This document shows positions 46,570 through 55,353 of a stretch of DNA of 64,000 nucleotides, in pieces. The notes under the pieces are model-generated. The model had not been told where the DNA came from. It made no database searches and saw nothing but the letters and a program-made list of their open reading frames with translations. Location: IMG/VR virus record IMGVR_UViG_3300027861_000010. The stretch is one strand, 5' to 3'. This DNA is from a virus. Positions within the stretch are counted from its first letter, which is position 1, and each line of letters begins with the position of its first letter. A program made the translations under genes and the position numbers.

Positions 46570-48770
46570 GAATCAATGAAGTTCATCTGAAGAACATTGG
46601 TCCGCACGAAGAGTTCCATGTGGAGCTCACGTCTGGACTGATTGGGCTACTTGGCCCGAACGGAGCTGGCAAGTCTACACTGGTCAACTCTATCTACGCA
46701 GCCCTGACGAACGACTTCAGTCGTTTCTCGAACGTCAAGGCTGACATCATCACCAACAACTCCGGTAAGAAGCAGAGTTACATCCGCATAACTGGGTCTC
46801 ACCACAATCAAGCCTTTGATTTGACGAGATGGCTCCGCCCTAACACCGAATCTACAGGAAATATCATCGTTGACTGTGCCAATGGTCGAAAGAACGAGTT
46901 GGTGATCGGCGACAAGGTCTACACCAAGGCCACTGACGTCAATAAAGCGATTGAAGAGCAACTAGGTATCTCGAAGCTGGTCATCGACAAGTACGTCTTC
47001 GTTAATCAGTGGGAGATGTTCCAGTTTCTAAGTCAGACCGACAGCGAGAGAGCGAAGACGTTTCAGTACCTGTGCGGCACCGAGACGGCTACCAAAATTC
47101 ACAAGATCTGTAATGACTACGTTGCTCGACAGAAGGGTGTAGAGATTGTTGACAACAGCGTCGAGCTGGAAGAGGCGATCGAAGCAACCCAACAGCAAAT
47201 GGATTATCATGCAGGCAGAGGCCGTGATGCCAAGAAGCGGATTTTAGGTGATGAGCAGTTGGCTGACATGAAGAAGTTGCTTAAGCGTGCGGTGCAGGCA
47301 GAGGAAGCAGCTGAGATGATTGAGGAGACTGAGGAGCGACTAGGCCAGGCCAAGCATGAGCGAAAGAAGTCCAGAGTGAGACGCAAGACAGTTCTGGAGC
47401 GGGTCACCAAGGACAAGTCTGAGTTGGCTTTCTTTGACGACGAAGGTAAGGATACTTTGTTAAAGTCGCGTGAGATCATCGAGAACTGGGTGGAATACTC
47501 TGGCCTTGGCAGCCAGGTAACCCAACTCGAAGAAGGGCTTGAAGCCCTGCAGGCCAAGTACGACGAACTGGTGGAGCCCACCAAGGATGCCCTGCAGTAC
47601 GTCGCAACAGCCCACCACGAAGAAATGGTTCGTCGCAAAGGCGAGCTGGAGTTCCAACAAAAGCAGGATGCGAAACTTCTTGATGACATCAACATGGATG
47701 ATCCTGATGAGGAGGGTGAGCGGTACTGTCCTCATTGCCAACAGTCGGTAACGGTCGATCACATCATGACGGTTCAGTCGTCTTACAGTGGTCGGGTGGC
47801 TGAGCTGAAGGCGATCAAGTCCGATTTGGTGTATTCCAAGCAATTTGACGCTGATCTGGAAGAGTTCGAGAGTAACAGCACTACGCTGGTCGATGCGATG
47901 ACGAAGCTGGAAGCCAATCTGGGAGAGGTTCAGACGAAGCTTAAGCGGTGTCCCGACAAGGCTGCTCATAATACAGCTCTTGCTGTTGTCCGAAAGTTTG
48001 AGGAACTTGAAGATCGGATAGTCGAAGGTGAAGAGGTGATCAAAACCCTCGATAACAAGATCTCAAAGTACGATGGTCGTGTTGAAACGATCGAGAAGCA
48101 GTTGAGTAGCCTTAAGGATCAGGTCCAGGACCGACCAACGGACGAAGCTGTCGTCAAGACATCAACCCGCGTCGAGCAGCACGAGGAGATGGTTGTCGCT
48201 CATAAGGTGGCGGTCGAATGTTTCAGGGATGCCAAAAAGAACCGCGGTAAGCTGCGGGGTACTTTGGATCAATTGAAGTTACGCCTCAAGGAGAAGGCTA
48301 AAATCCGGAATTTACTGGAGACGATCAGCGAGGCTGGTGACGTGTTCCACTGGAACAACCTGCCGAAGACAGTCTCTCAAGCGAACCTGGAGCTGTTGGT
48401 TGACGATATCAACGACAACCTGCAGATGTTCAACAACCCGTTCTACGTCGAAGCAGATCAGGACTTGACCTTCAAGGTCTATTTTCCCGGGAAGAGTCCT
48501 GTGAAAGCGAAGCAGTTGAGCGGCGGTCAGAAAGTAATTCTTGCTATCGCTTTCCGAGCAGCCTTGGATCGCGTATTTGGTCACGATGTTGGTATGATGT
48601 TCCTTGACGAACCGACAGCTGGGCTGGATGCAGACAATGTGGAGTTTTTCCACGACGCCCTGCAACAGCTCGCTAAGAAGGTCCACGGAAACCGACAACT
48701 GGTTGTAATTACGCACGTTCAGGAATTGGGCGGAGTGTTTGATCAGCTTGTTGAAATAAACAAGGAATGA
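46566..48770 (+). CDS. sbcC: Rad50/SbcC-like SMC ATPase
   Basis: Walker A GPNGAGKS, coiled coils, Zn hook CPHC, LSGGQ signature, MMFLDEPT, VITH. Confidence 0.93.
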   Translation: MRINEVHLKNIGPHEEFHVELTSGLIGLLGPNGAGKSTLVNSIYAALTNDFSRFSNVKADIITNNSGKKQSYIRITGSHHNQAFDLTRWLRPNTESTGNIIVDCANGRKNELVIGDKVYTKATDVNKAIEEQLGISKLVIDKYVFVNQWEMFQFLSQTDSERAKTFQYLCGTETATKIHKICNDYVARQKGVEIVDNSVELEEAIEATQQQMDYHAGRGRDAKKRILGDEQLADMKKLLKRAVQAEEAAEMIEETEERLGQAKHERKKSRVRRKTVLERVTKDKSELAFFDDEGKDTLLKSREIIENWVEYSGLGSQVTQLEEGLEALQAKYDELVEPTKDALQYVATAHHEEMVRRKGELEFQQKQDAKLLDDINMDDPDEEGERYCPHCQQSVTVDHIMTVQSSYSGRVAELKAIKSDLVYSKQFDADLEEFESNSTTLVDAMTKLEANLGEVQTKLKRCPDKAAHNTALAVVRKFEELEDRIVEGEEVIKTLDNKISKYDGRVETIEKQLSSLKDQVQDRPTDEAVVKTSTRVEQHEEMVVAHKVAVECFRDAKKNRGKLRGTLDQLKLRLKEKAKIRNLLETISEAGDVFHWNNLPKTVSQANLELLVDDINDNLQMFNNPFYVEADQDLTFKVYFPGKSPVKAKQLSGGQKVILAIAFRAALDRVFGHDVGMMFLDEPTAGLDADNVEFFHDALQQLAKKVHGNRQLVVITHVQELGGVFDQLVEINKE

Positions 48771-48777
48771 ACAAACA

Positions 48778-49653
48778 GTGCCAACAAGACAAGATGTCAC
48801 TTGTCTTCACACTGCTCAGGGCGGAGAAATTTGGAGCGTGGAGGCCGGGGGCAACCCAAAGAAGTTTCTGTACTTAAATAACCCACTTCGTTTGAAGACT
48901 GGGATGTACAGGATTCTGGGTTGTCCCGGCAACTACAAACTGATTACCGAATTGTATTCGTCCCTGAACAGGAGAGAAGACAAGTCAACCGTATTGGTGG
49001 GGTCTCCAGTTATCTGCAAAGGACGTAAACATACGCCCGAGCAGGTGCTATCGTGTATTTCTGTATTGAATGTGCACGACGGGTTAGTTCACCGATGGCA
49101 TCGAGCTGATAGCAAACTGTTCAACAACTATTTGCTGCTTCACTACTTTCAAGAGGAGGGAATCAATGATCTTGTCGGCAACATTTACGGCCACCACTGC
49201 CTGACCAGATATTTCAGTTTCATGGGCCTGAACTCGATGAAATTGGCGGTACAATTGATCAACGAGGTGGGAGATCCAAGGTGGTATTTGAATCCCAAAA
49301 GGCCGTACCGCCTTTCCAGGCTCGAGAGCTATTTTGGTTTGAAGCCTGCCCAGTTTCACCGAGTTTGGGGAGATAGTCAGGCGTCGGCGTTACTTGGTGA
49401 CGCAGGCCAACGCAGTCTGTTATTGTTGGACATCGTTAAGAGCTTACCGACAGATGGCTTTGTTGCTACCGAGGCGGAACACGTTAAGGATGAGACTGCC
49501 AGAATCATCTTGATGTGTCGGCTGGTGCTGGGTTTCATAATGCGAAACTGGCTGACTGAGTACGGACTCGGCGGTTACTTCGACCCTAAATTGTTTTTCA
49601 AGAAGAAGGGAAACCTGGCTGATTTTCAACGCCAGTTCAAGGATCAGGCATGA
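48778..49653 (+). CDS. Protein with IS110 C-terminal/Nop-like motif
   Basis: SFMGLNSMKLAVQLINEVGDPRWY...SRLESYFGLKP resembles the Transposase_20 consensus (IPGIG...A..LLAEIGD..RF....L.SYAGL.P); no clear DEDD RuvC. Confidence 0.55.
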   Translation: MPTRQDVTCLHTAQGGEIWSVEAGGNPKKFLYLNNPLRLKTGMYRILGCPGNYKLITELYSSLNRREDKSTVLVGSPVICKGRKHTPEQVLSCISVLNVHDGLVHRWHRADSKLFNNYLLLHYFQEEGINDLVGNIYGHHCLTRYFSFMGLNSMKLAVQLINEVGDPRWYLNPKRPYRLSRLESYFGLKPAQFHRVWGDSQASALLGDAGQRSLLLLDIVKSLPTDGFVATEAEHVKDETARIILMCRLVLGFIMRNWLTEYGLGGYFDPKLFFKKKGNLADFQRQFKDQA

Positions 49654-50165
49654 GAGAGCTTTCACTTAAGATTCGATTTACGAATCCGAGCCTGGGTAAC
49701 GAGAAGGACCCCAGATCGGGTCGCTTCAAGTTCCAGCGAAGCCCTGGACGTAACGGAAAGATCCTGTTCCTGGCCACCTGGCACCAAGCCAATCTGAAGA
49801 TGGCGGCGGACATGATGGGTCGCCATCAGGATCACATCAAAAAGATCTTCTGGGATATCGAGATCGACGGGGAGCTTCGAGAGAAGTGTTTGACCCGTTG
49901 CTATTACCGGAAGTCGCCGAAAGGTAGAGAACGTTGGTCGACACACGAGTCGTTGGTCAAAGGCCAGACGATTGGAATCAATTGTGTTGTTCCACACGAG
50001 ATTGACGACGAGGACTTTTGGACCCTGATGCAGATTGCAGGGAAGTACAAGGGTTTGTCGCCGTGGCAGCCTGGGAAGTATGGGCACTACGAGATTGTGA
50101 GTATCCGGCCTCGACGGAATCACAACACTGAATCGGGCGATACGTCGCCTGGCGATACTGAATAG
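49650..50165 (+). CDS. Second RAMP/Cas7(Csf2)-like protein
   Basis: LKIRFTNPSLG N-terminal strand; THESLVKGQTIGINCVV; Gly loop AGKYKGLSPWQPGKYGHYEI. Confidence 0.6.
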   Translation: MRELSLKIRFTNPSLGNEKDPRSGRFKFQRSPGRNGKILFLATWHQANLKMAADMMGRHQDHIKKIFWDIEIDGELREKCLTRCYYRKSPKGRERWSTHESLVKGQTIGINCVVPHEIDDEDFWTLMQIAGKYKGLSPWQPGKYGHYEIVSIRPRRNHNTESGDTSPGDTE

Positions 50166-50180
50166 GATGACAAACGAAAA

Positions 50181-50210
50181 TACCCTCCAGGTGGCGAAGC
50201 CTGGAGGGTA
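50181..50210. terminator. Perfect 11-bp stem-loop downstream of the second RAMP gene
   Basis: TACCCTCCAGG-TGGCGAAG-CCTGGAGGGTA; no clear U-tract. Confidence 0.55.
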
Positions 50211-50295
50211 TCTGCGTGTAGCGGGATGCGGTGTATTTCGCACGACCCGCGGTTATTCTAAGCCTGAGTAAAATGAAATGCAATGAGGAGTTTTG

Positions 50296-51798
50296 ATGCC
50301 TAAGAAAAAAACTGTCACACTCTACAAGTCAGGGAACATCCTGCTTGTAGATCCGACAACCGATCGAATCTTCGAGCTGTTGAAGCCCGTGCTGTCTTTT
50401 ACAGAAACGCAAAAGGCACGAGGGGCAGAGGCCTACAGCCGAAAAAGGTCAGGCCGATCTTTATTTGACCGCATAGAGCACACGCTTTTAGAGTTGGACC
50501 ACCAGGAGCGAATCGCTACCGCATTCGGCTTTTGGAAGCTGATTCGCGACACCTTGCGGAAACACGGTTATGAGGTCAAGTTCAAGGACTTGACCCCGAT
50601 TGACGTGAAGAAGTTGAAGCCATACTGGAACAACATCAAGGATTACGAGTTACGGGATAACCAGCCGGAGTTTATCAAAAAGGTCCTCACAAACCGTTGT
50701 GGTCGCTTTGATTGTCCTCCCGGGTTCGGTAAGTCGTTCATGATCGGTCTAATTGCGGCCCTGCTGCCCAAGGCCAGGATTGATGTCGTAACCAGACGAG
50801 TTTCAGTACTACGAGACCGCATCTATCCTGAACTCATCCAGATGGTGGGAGATGTTGGTATTGTTGGTGGAGGTAAGAATGTCAAGAAAAAGAGAGTCAT
50901 GTGTTACACCGTTGGCTCGATGAACCACGCAACGGCTAGTGACTGCGACATTCTGTTCGGCGATGAATGTCACGAGCTGGCTGCGGATAACTCCGCGGCG
51001 GAGTTGGTCCGTTGGCAGAACTCCCGTAATTATGGACTCTCAGCTAGTAACGACATGCGTTACGACGGCAAGGATCTGCGTATGCACGGGGTATTTGGCC
51101 CAATCATTCTCAGCGTTGATTATGAGCAAGCCAAGAATGCCAACATGGTTGTGCCGATCAAGGTCAGCTGGTCATCTGTGGTGATGGATTACGATCCATG
51201 CGGAAACACGGACAACGATGTCGAGAAGAAACGACTTGGGTTTTGGCGTAACGAGTGGCGGAATGCTGTGATCGCTGAGGATGCTCGTCGCTACGACGAG
51301 GACACTCAGGTGTTGATCACCGTCGAGACGCTCGAACACGCGATGAACCTGAAACGTCTACTTCCTGAATTCACTTTGGTATATCGCGAAGACGGTTTAA
51401 GTCCGACCGACCGAGCCAAGTACGCCAAACAAGGTTGCTGCAAAACAACAGAGCCTTTAATGGACGTGAATCGAAGGCAGAAGCTGACGCAGGACTTTGA
51501 GAAAGGTAAACTGAAGAAGGTCATCTGCACGACTGTGTGGAACGTCGGTGTATCATTCAACAACTTAGCTGTGTTGATTCGTGCCGACGGCGGTAGCAGT
51601 TCGATTAACGACATCCAGATTCCTGGTAGAGTAAGTCGAACTGCAAAGGACAAGACACACGGTCTTGTTCACGATTACCTTGACCAATTCAATCAGGCTT
51701 ACAAGGTACGTGCTCGCAACCGAGCTAAGACGTATGATCAGAACCGGTGGGAACAGGAGTTCCCTCGGAAATCAATGATGGAAGAATACTTAGGGTGA
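50296..51798 (+). CDS. Superfamily 2 helicase (UvsW/XPB-like)
   Basis: PPGFGKS, DECH, GLSAS, TTVWNVGVSF, IQIPGRVSR. Confidence 0.9.
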   Translation: MPKKKTVTLYKSGNILLVDPTTDRIFELLKPVLSFTETQKARGAEAYSRKRSGRSLFDRIEHTLLELDHQERIATAFGFWKLIRDTLRKHGYEVKFKDLTPIDVKKLKPYWNNIKDYELRDNQPEFIKKVLTNRCGRFDCPPGFGKSFMIGLIAALLPKARIDVVTRRVSVLRDRIYPELIQMVGDVGIVGGGKNVKKKRVMCYTVGSMNHATASDCDILFGDECHELAADNSAAELVRWQNSRNYGLSASNDMRYDGKDLRMHGVFGPIILSVDYEQAKNANMVVPIKVSWSSVVMDYDPCGNTDNDVEKKRLGFWRNEWRNAVIAEDARRYDEDTQVLITVETLEHAMNLKRLLPEFTLVYREDGLSPTDRAKYAKQGCCKTTEPLMDVNRRQKLTQDFEKGKLKKVICTTVWNVGVSFNNLAVLIRADGGSSSINDIQIPGRVSRTAKDKTHGLVHDYLDQFNQAYKVRARNRAKTYDQNRWEQEFPRKSMMEEYLG

Positions 51799-51802
51799 TC
51801 TA

Positions 51803-52585
51803 ATGGCAAGAAGACGATTCAGCAAGCAACCGAAAGTCGGTGCTGGATCGAGAGCACCGACTAAGACAATCCGTGGTCAACTTCCGCAAGCGGTGCAGAA
51901 GTTCAAAAACACGTACGTCTTTGAGCGACGTGTTCTCGAGCAGTTCCGAAGTGGCGGCAAAGCCACATACAAACCATCACCAACTTTGGACGGCAAGTCG
52001 AATTTTGACACGCCGGAAGAGAAACAGAAGTTGGTGAGTGCCTGGGAGCAAGCTTTTCAAAAGCTATCAAAGTGTCAGGATTCTGCTGAGCCTTCACAGT
52101 TTGTACGAATTTTGTTCTACATTCTTCGAGGCAGTTCAGTGTCCGTTCCTACCGTGTCGCAGCTTGCCAGTCCCAACATGTTGGGGACGGTGAGCGACTT
52201 CCTACAAGAGAGGGTGCTGTCAACGCGTCAACAGTTTGTTGCTGAGAGTCAGCGTGCCCAATCAGCGATTCGACTGAACCAGAAAGGGGCTGGATACCCT
52301 TTAGGTCTGTCTGTATATTACGCAATCGTCGATTCTCGCATTGGGTTGTCGCCGTTGTTTCGTTACTGCTTAGCAAACGAAACAGCCAGGCAACTCAAGG
52401 CAAGAAAAGTCGAAAGCGAGAACTGCGAAAAACTTGATCGTTTGGCGAAGCAGTTTGAGCTTTTTGCAGCGATGGATTACACGTTGTTCCCTGAAACCTA
52501 TAACGAGGTCTGGGGTTCGGTGATTCCATCAGCATTCCGTGTAGCGGCGTTTGACTTACTTGAAACTGCCTTAGCTGGGCAGTGA
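51803..52585 (+). CDS. Hypothetical protein
   Basis: 260-aa ORF in the replication block. Confidence 0.7.
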   Translation: MARRRFSKQPKVGAGSRAPTKTIRGQLPQAVQKFKNTYVFERRVLEQFRSGGKATYKPSPTLDGKSNFDTPEEKQKLVSAWEQAFQKLSKCQDSAEPSQFVRILFYILRGSSVSVPTVSQLASPNMLGTVSDFLQERVLSTRQQFVAESQRAQSAIRLNQKGAGYPLGLSVYYAIVDSRIGLSPLFRYCLANETARQLKARKVESENCEKLDRLAKQFELFAAMDYTLFPETYNEVWGSVIPSAFRVAAFDLLETALAGQ

Positions 52586-52615
52586 GAGGGTGTATTTTGA
52601 CACGAAGGGAATCAA

Positions 52616-54274
52616 ATGGACTCCAACCAGCAGCCAATTGTTCGGCTGTCGGGTTCCCACCTGCATTTGTTTATGGCTGTCTTATTGCAAAATGAGGTAG
52701 TCTTTCAACAATTCCGTGGATCCTTGACAGTAGAACACTTTTCCGATGAAAGTAATCAACTGCTTTATCGGATGCTCCTAGATTTCTGGGAGCACAACTC
52801 GACTCTGCCTGCTGAGGCGGAAGCGTACGCCGAGATCAAAGCCTACTTCGAGCAGGACGACGAAATCATATCGTCTGCCGGTCGCGATGATCTCGAAGAT
52901 CTGATGAACTACGCTTACGATCCTGACACGTTCGGGAAGACGAAGCCCACATCAGGTAAGATGACAAAGTTTGCGTTCAAGGCAGGCAAGCTGTTATTGC
53001 AACAGCGGTTTGCTGAGACGATTTCGATGCAGCTCAAGGAAATGCCAGACCTTGAGAACTTAGCTTCGTTCTTCAGTAACGCCTCAACTCAATCTGAGTT
53101 TCTGGCACTTAACGAGCACTCCCACAAGCCGACATATACGCTTCCACAGAACTGGTCGAAGAACTCTCCGTTCCTCGTCTCAACAACTGGATTGCCGTTT
53201 CTTGATAAGTACATGGCGGGAGGAGCAGCACCCAAAGAAGGCTACGGCCTGATGGCACCTTACGGTACCTGCAAGACCACCTTGGCGGTCATGCTTTGGT
53301 CGCTATCCGCTCAACAGTGTTACGAGGAAACCTTACGTGATGATTGGGACGGCAGGAAAGGTCTGTCGTTTTTCATCACGTACGAAGCCCCGTTGGCACC
53401 GGAAGTTCAGCATCGTGTTGTGATGTATTCAGCCAACGTCCACAGGTCCTCGCTGGAGGCAATGGGTTACGACGGCATTGATGCGTTGCGGGATGATCCT
53501 GAAAACCCACTGCCATACGAGCAGAAGAAGTTCGCTAGAACCATCAGCGATGGTGTGTTCGAGCCCGAGCGAAAGCGGGTCGAGAAGATCGAACCGTACC
53601 TGAATGACCACACTGTGTGTTTGGACTTCACCGGTGCTGACCCTGACTGGCCCACGGCTGGACATGGCGGCGTCGAGGAAATTGTTCAACGTATTAACCT
53701 CGAACTGAGAAACCGAGGAAAAGGCCATTACGTGAAGAACGTAATTGTTGATTACCTTGGATTGATGGTCGATCAAGATGCTACAATGGGGCCGAAACGG
53801 GAAGACGACCACAAGCTGTATACGAAGAAGACCAAAGAGCTTCTGAAGGCAACAGCGGTGAAATATGATTGTCACCTGTGGTTGTTACATCAGCTGAGCG
53901 GTTCAGCCAACGCCATGCTGAGTGCGACGAAGACCATGCATCATACTGATGCGAAGGGCTCCAAGAGTTTTGCCGAGAACCTGCATTTTGCGTTCGTGGT
54001 TGGCAATCTCAATATGGAGCAAATGGGTCAGATCGCCTGCACGAAGTTTCGTCGGTCATACCGTCAGCCGCCCAGCATCATCAAAGTGGAAGGGGAGTTC
54101 AACAATGTTTATGCTCCAGAAAACTACCACATTGATAGCAAGGGTCAGATTGTCGATAAGTCCACAGCAGCGGCTGTTGGGGCTGCAAACAATGATCTAT
54201 TTAATGATATTGAGCAGTTGGCTGACGCTTCCGTCACCAACAGCCCAGAACATGTAGAGGGAGATGATGACTAA
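52616..54274 (+). CDS. DnaB-like replicative helicase
   Basis: N-terminal VEHFSDESNQLLY; Walker A APYGTCKT; FITYE; VIVDYL; LHQLS. Confidence 0.85.
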   Translation: MDSNQQPIVRLSGSHLHLFMAVLLQNEVVFQQFRGSLTVEHFSDESNQLLYRMLLDFWEHNSTLPAEAEAYAEIKAYFEQDDEIISSAGRDDLEDLMNYAYDPDTFGKTKPTSGKMTKFAFKAGKLLLQQRFAETISMQLKEMPDLENLASFFSNASTQSEFLALNEHSHKPTYTLPQNWSKNSPFLVSTTGLPFLDKYMAGGAAPKEGYGLMAPYGTCKTTLAVMLWSLSAQQCYEETLRDDWDGRKGLSFFITYEAPLAPEVQHRVVMYSANVHRSSLEAMGYDGIDALRDDPENPLPYEQKKFARTISDGVFEPERKRVEKIEPYLNDHTVCLDFTGADPDWPTAGHGGVEEIVQRINLELRNRGKGHYVKNVIVDYLGLMVDQDATMGPKREDDHKLYTKKTKELLKATAVKYDCHLWLLHQLSGSANAMLSATKTMHHTDAKGSKSFAENLHFAFVVGNLNMEQMGQIACTKFRRSYRQPPSIIKVEGEFNNVYAPENYHIDSKGQIVDKSTAAAVGAANNDLFNDIEQLADASVTNSPEHVEGDDD

Positions 54275-55352
54275 TGAAGAAAAGACAGCTCTCAACCGTG
54301 CTTTGTATCGACGCATAAGGGCAACCTTCGGCAATGTGAGGGTTCGTAACACCGGTGAAAAACAGCAAAGAAAGCTCAGCAAAGACCTGGTAACAGGTCT
54401 ACCGAAGCCGGTAATCACTCACCCCGGTGAGTACTACGCCGTCTGCTGTCCGTTTTGCAACGACACAAGATTCAGGTGTTACATCAATCACAGATACGGC
54501 ACTGACGACGAGCTCGGCAGGCCACAGACATTTCTGGCAACTTGCTTTAATGCAGGTTGCCCGTTGTCTATGAGGAACACCGCGACGTATCAGCAACTGG
54601 AAGAGATGCTCACCGGCCACAAGCTGTTTGAGCTGCGGAAGGCAGCGATTCAAGTGGGCAAGGATATCGACGTTTCCAAGATCAGGGCCAACTGGCCTGG
54701 TGAGGTTACGCGACTCGACAAGCTCCCTAGTAATCACGAAGCTGTCATCTATCTCGCTGGTCGTGGATTTGATCCAGAGAAGATTGGGCGTTTTTATAAC
54801 GTCCATTGGTGTACGAAATCCGATCGCTTCATTTGCCAGGACAGGTTGATCATTCCGATCTACCACCGGAAGCGTATGGTTGGATGGCAGGCTCGAGCTG
54901 CCTATGACTGCGACTGGAAGAAGTCGTACGTTCCAAAGTACTACACTGCCCCAGGGACACCGAGACGTCAGACTCTTTACAATTTTGGTAACGCTGTGCG
55001 GTACCGGACTGGCATTATTGTAGAGGGTGTTACTGACGTCTGGCGGGTTGGCCCTCAGGCGGTATGTACTCTCGGTGCAACCATGACGATGCAGCAGCAG
55101 TCACTCTTTAAGCGAGGTTTCAAAAACTACGCCGGAGTGTTGCTGTTCGACCCTGATGTAAAGGACAAAGTTAAAGAGAAGGTTGATCAGCTCGTAGCCG
55201 ATATGTCTACGAAGTTAAAATCCGGATTTTGCCGAGTCATCCTCCCCGAAGGAACTGACCCAGGCTCACTGGACCGATCTTTCCTTCGCCCGTATATCGC
55301 ACAGCAAGCTGCTGAGCAGGGCGTGAAAGTTAACTGGAAACGAAGGAAATAA
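54264..55352 (+). CDS. DNA primase (Zn finger and Toprim)
   Basis: CPFCND...CFNAGC; RLIIPI; GWQAR; IVEGVTD; LFDPD; GTDPG. Confidence 0.88.
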   Translation: MMTNEEKTALNRALYRRIRATFGNVRVRNTGEKQQRKLSKDLVTGLPKPVITHPGEYYAVCCPFCNDTRFRCYINHRYGTDDELGRPQTFLATCFNAGCPLSMRNTATYQQLEEMLTGHKLFELRKAAIQVGKDIDVSKIRANWPGEVTRLDKLPSNHEAVIYLAGRGFDPEKIGRFYNVHWCTKSDRFICQDRLIIPIYHRKRMVGWQARAAYDCDWKKSYVPKYYTAPGTPRRQTLYNFGNAVRYRTGIIVEGVTDVWRVGPQAVCTLGATMTMQQQSLFKRGFKNYAGVLLFDPDVKDKVKEKVDQLVADMSTKLKSGFCRVILPEGTDPGSLDRSFLRPYIAQQAAEQGVKVNWKRRK

Positions 55353-55353
55353 A

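Noticed and set aside
48778-49653. Active IS110 insertion sequence
   Set aside because: No DEDD RuvC motif, no catalytic-Ser region or IS boundaries seen, and the gene is translationally coupled within the replication block; kept only as an IS110/Nop-like domain finding.
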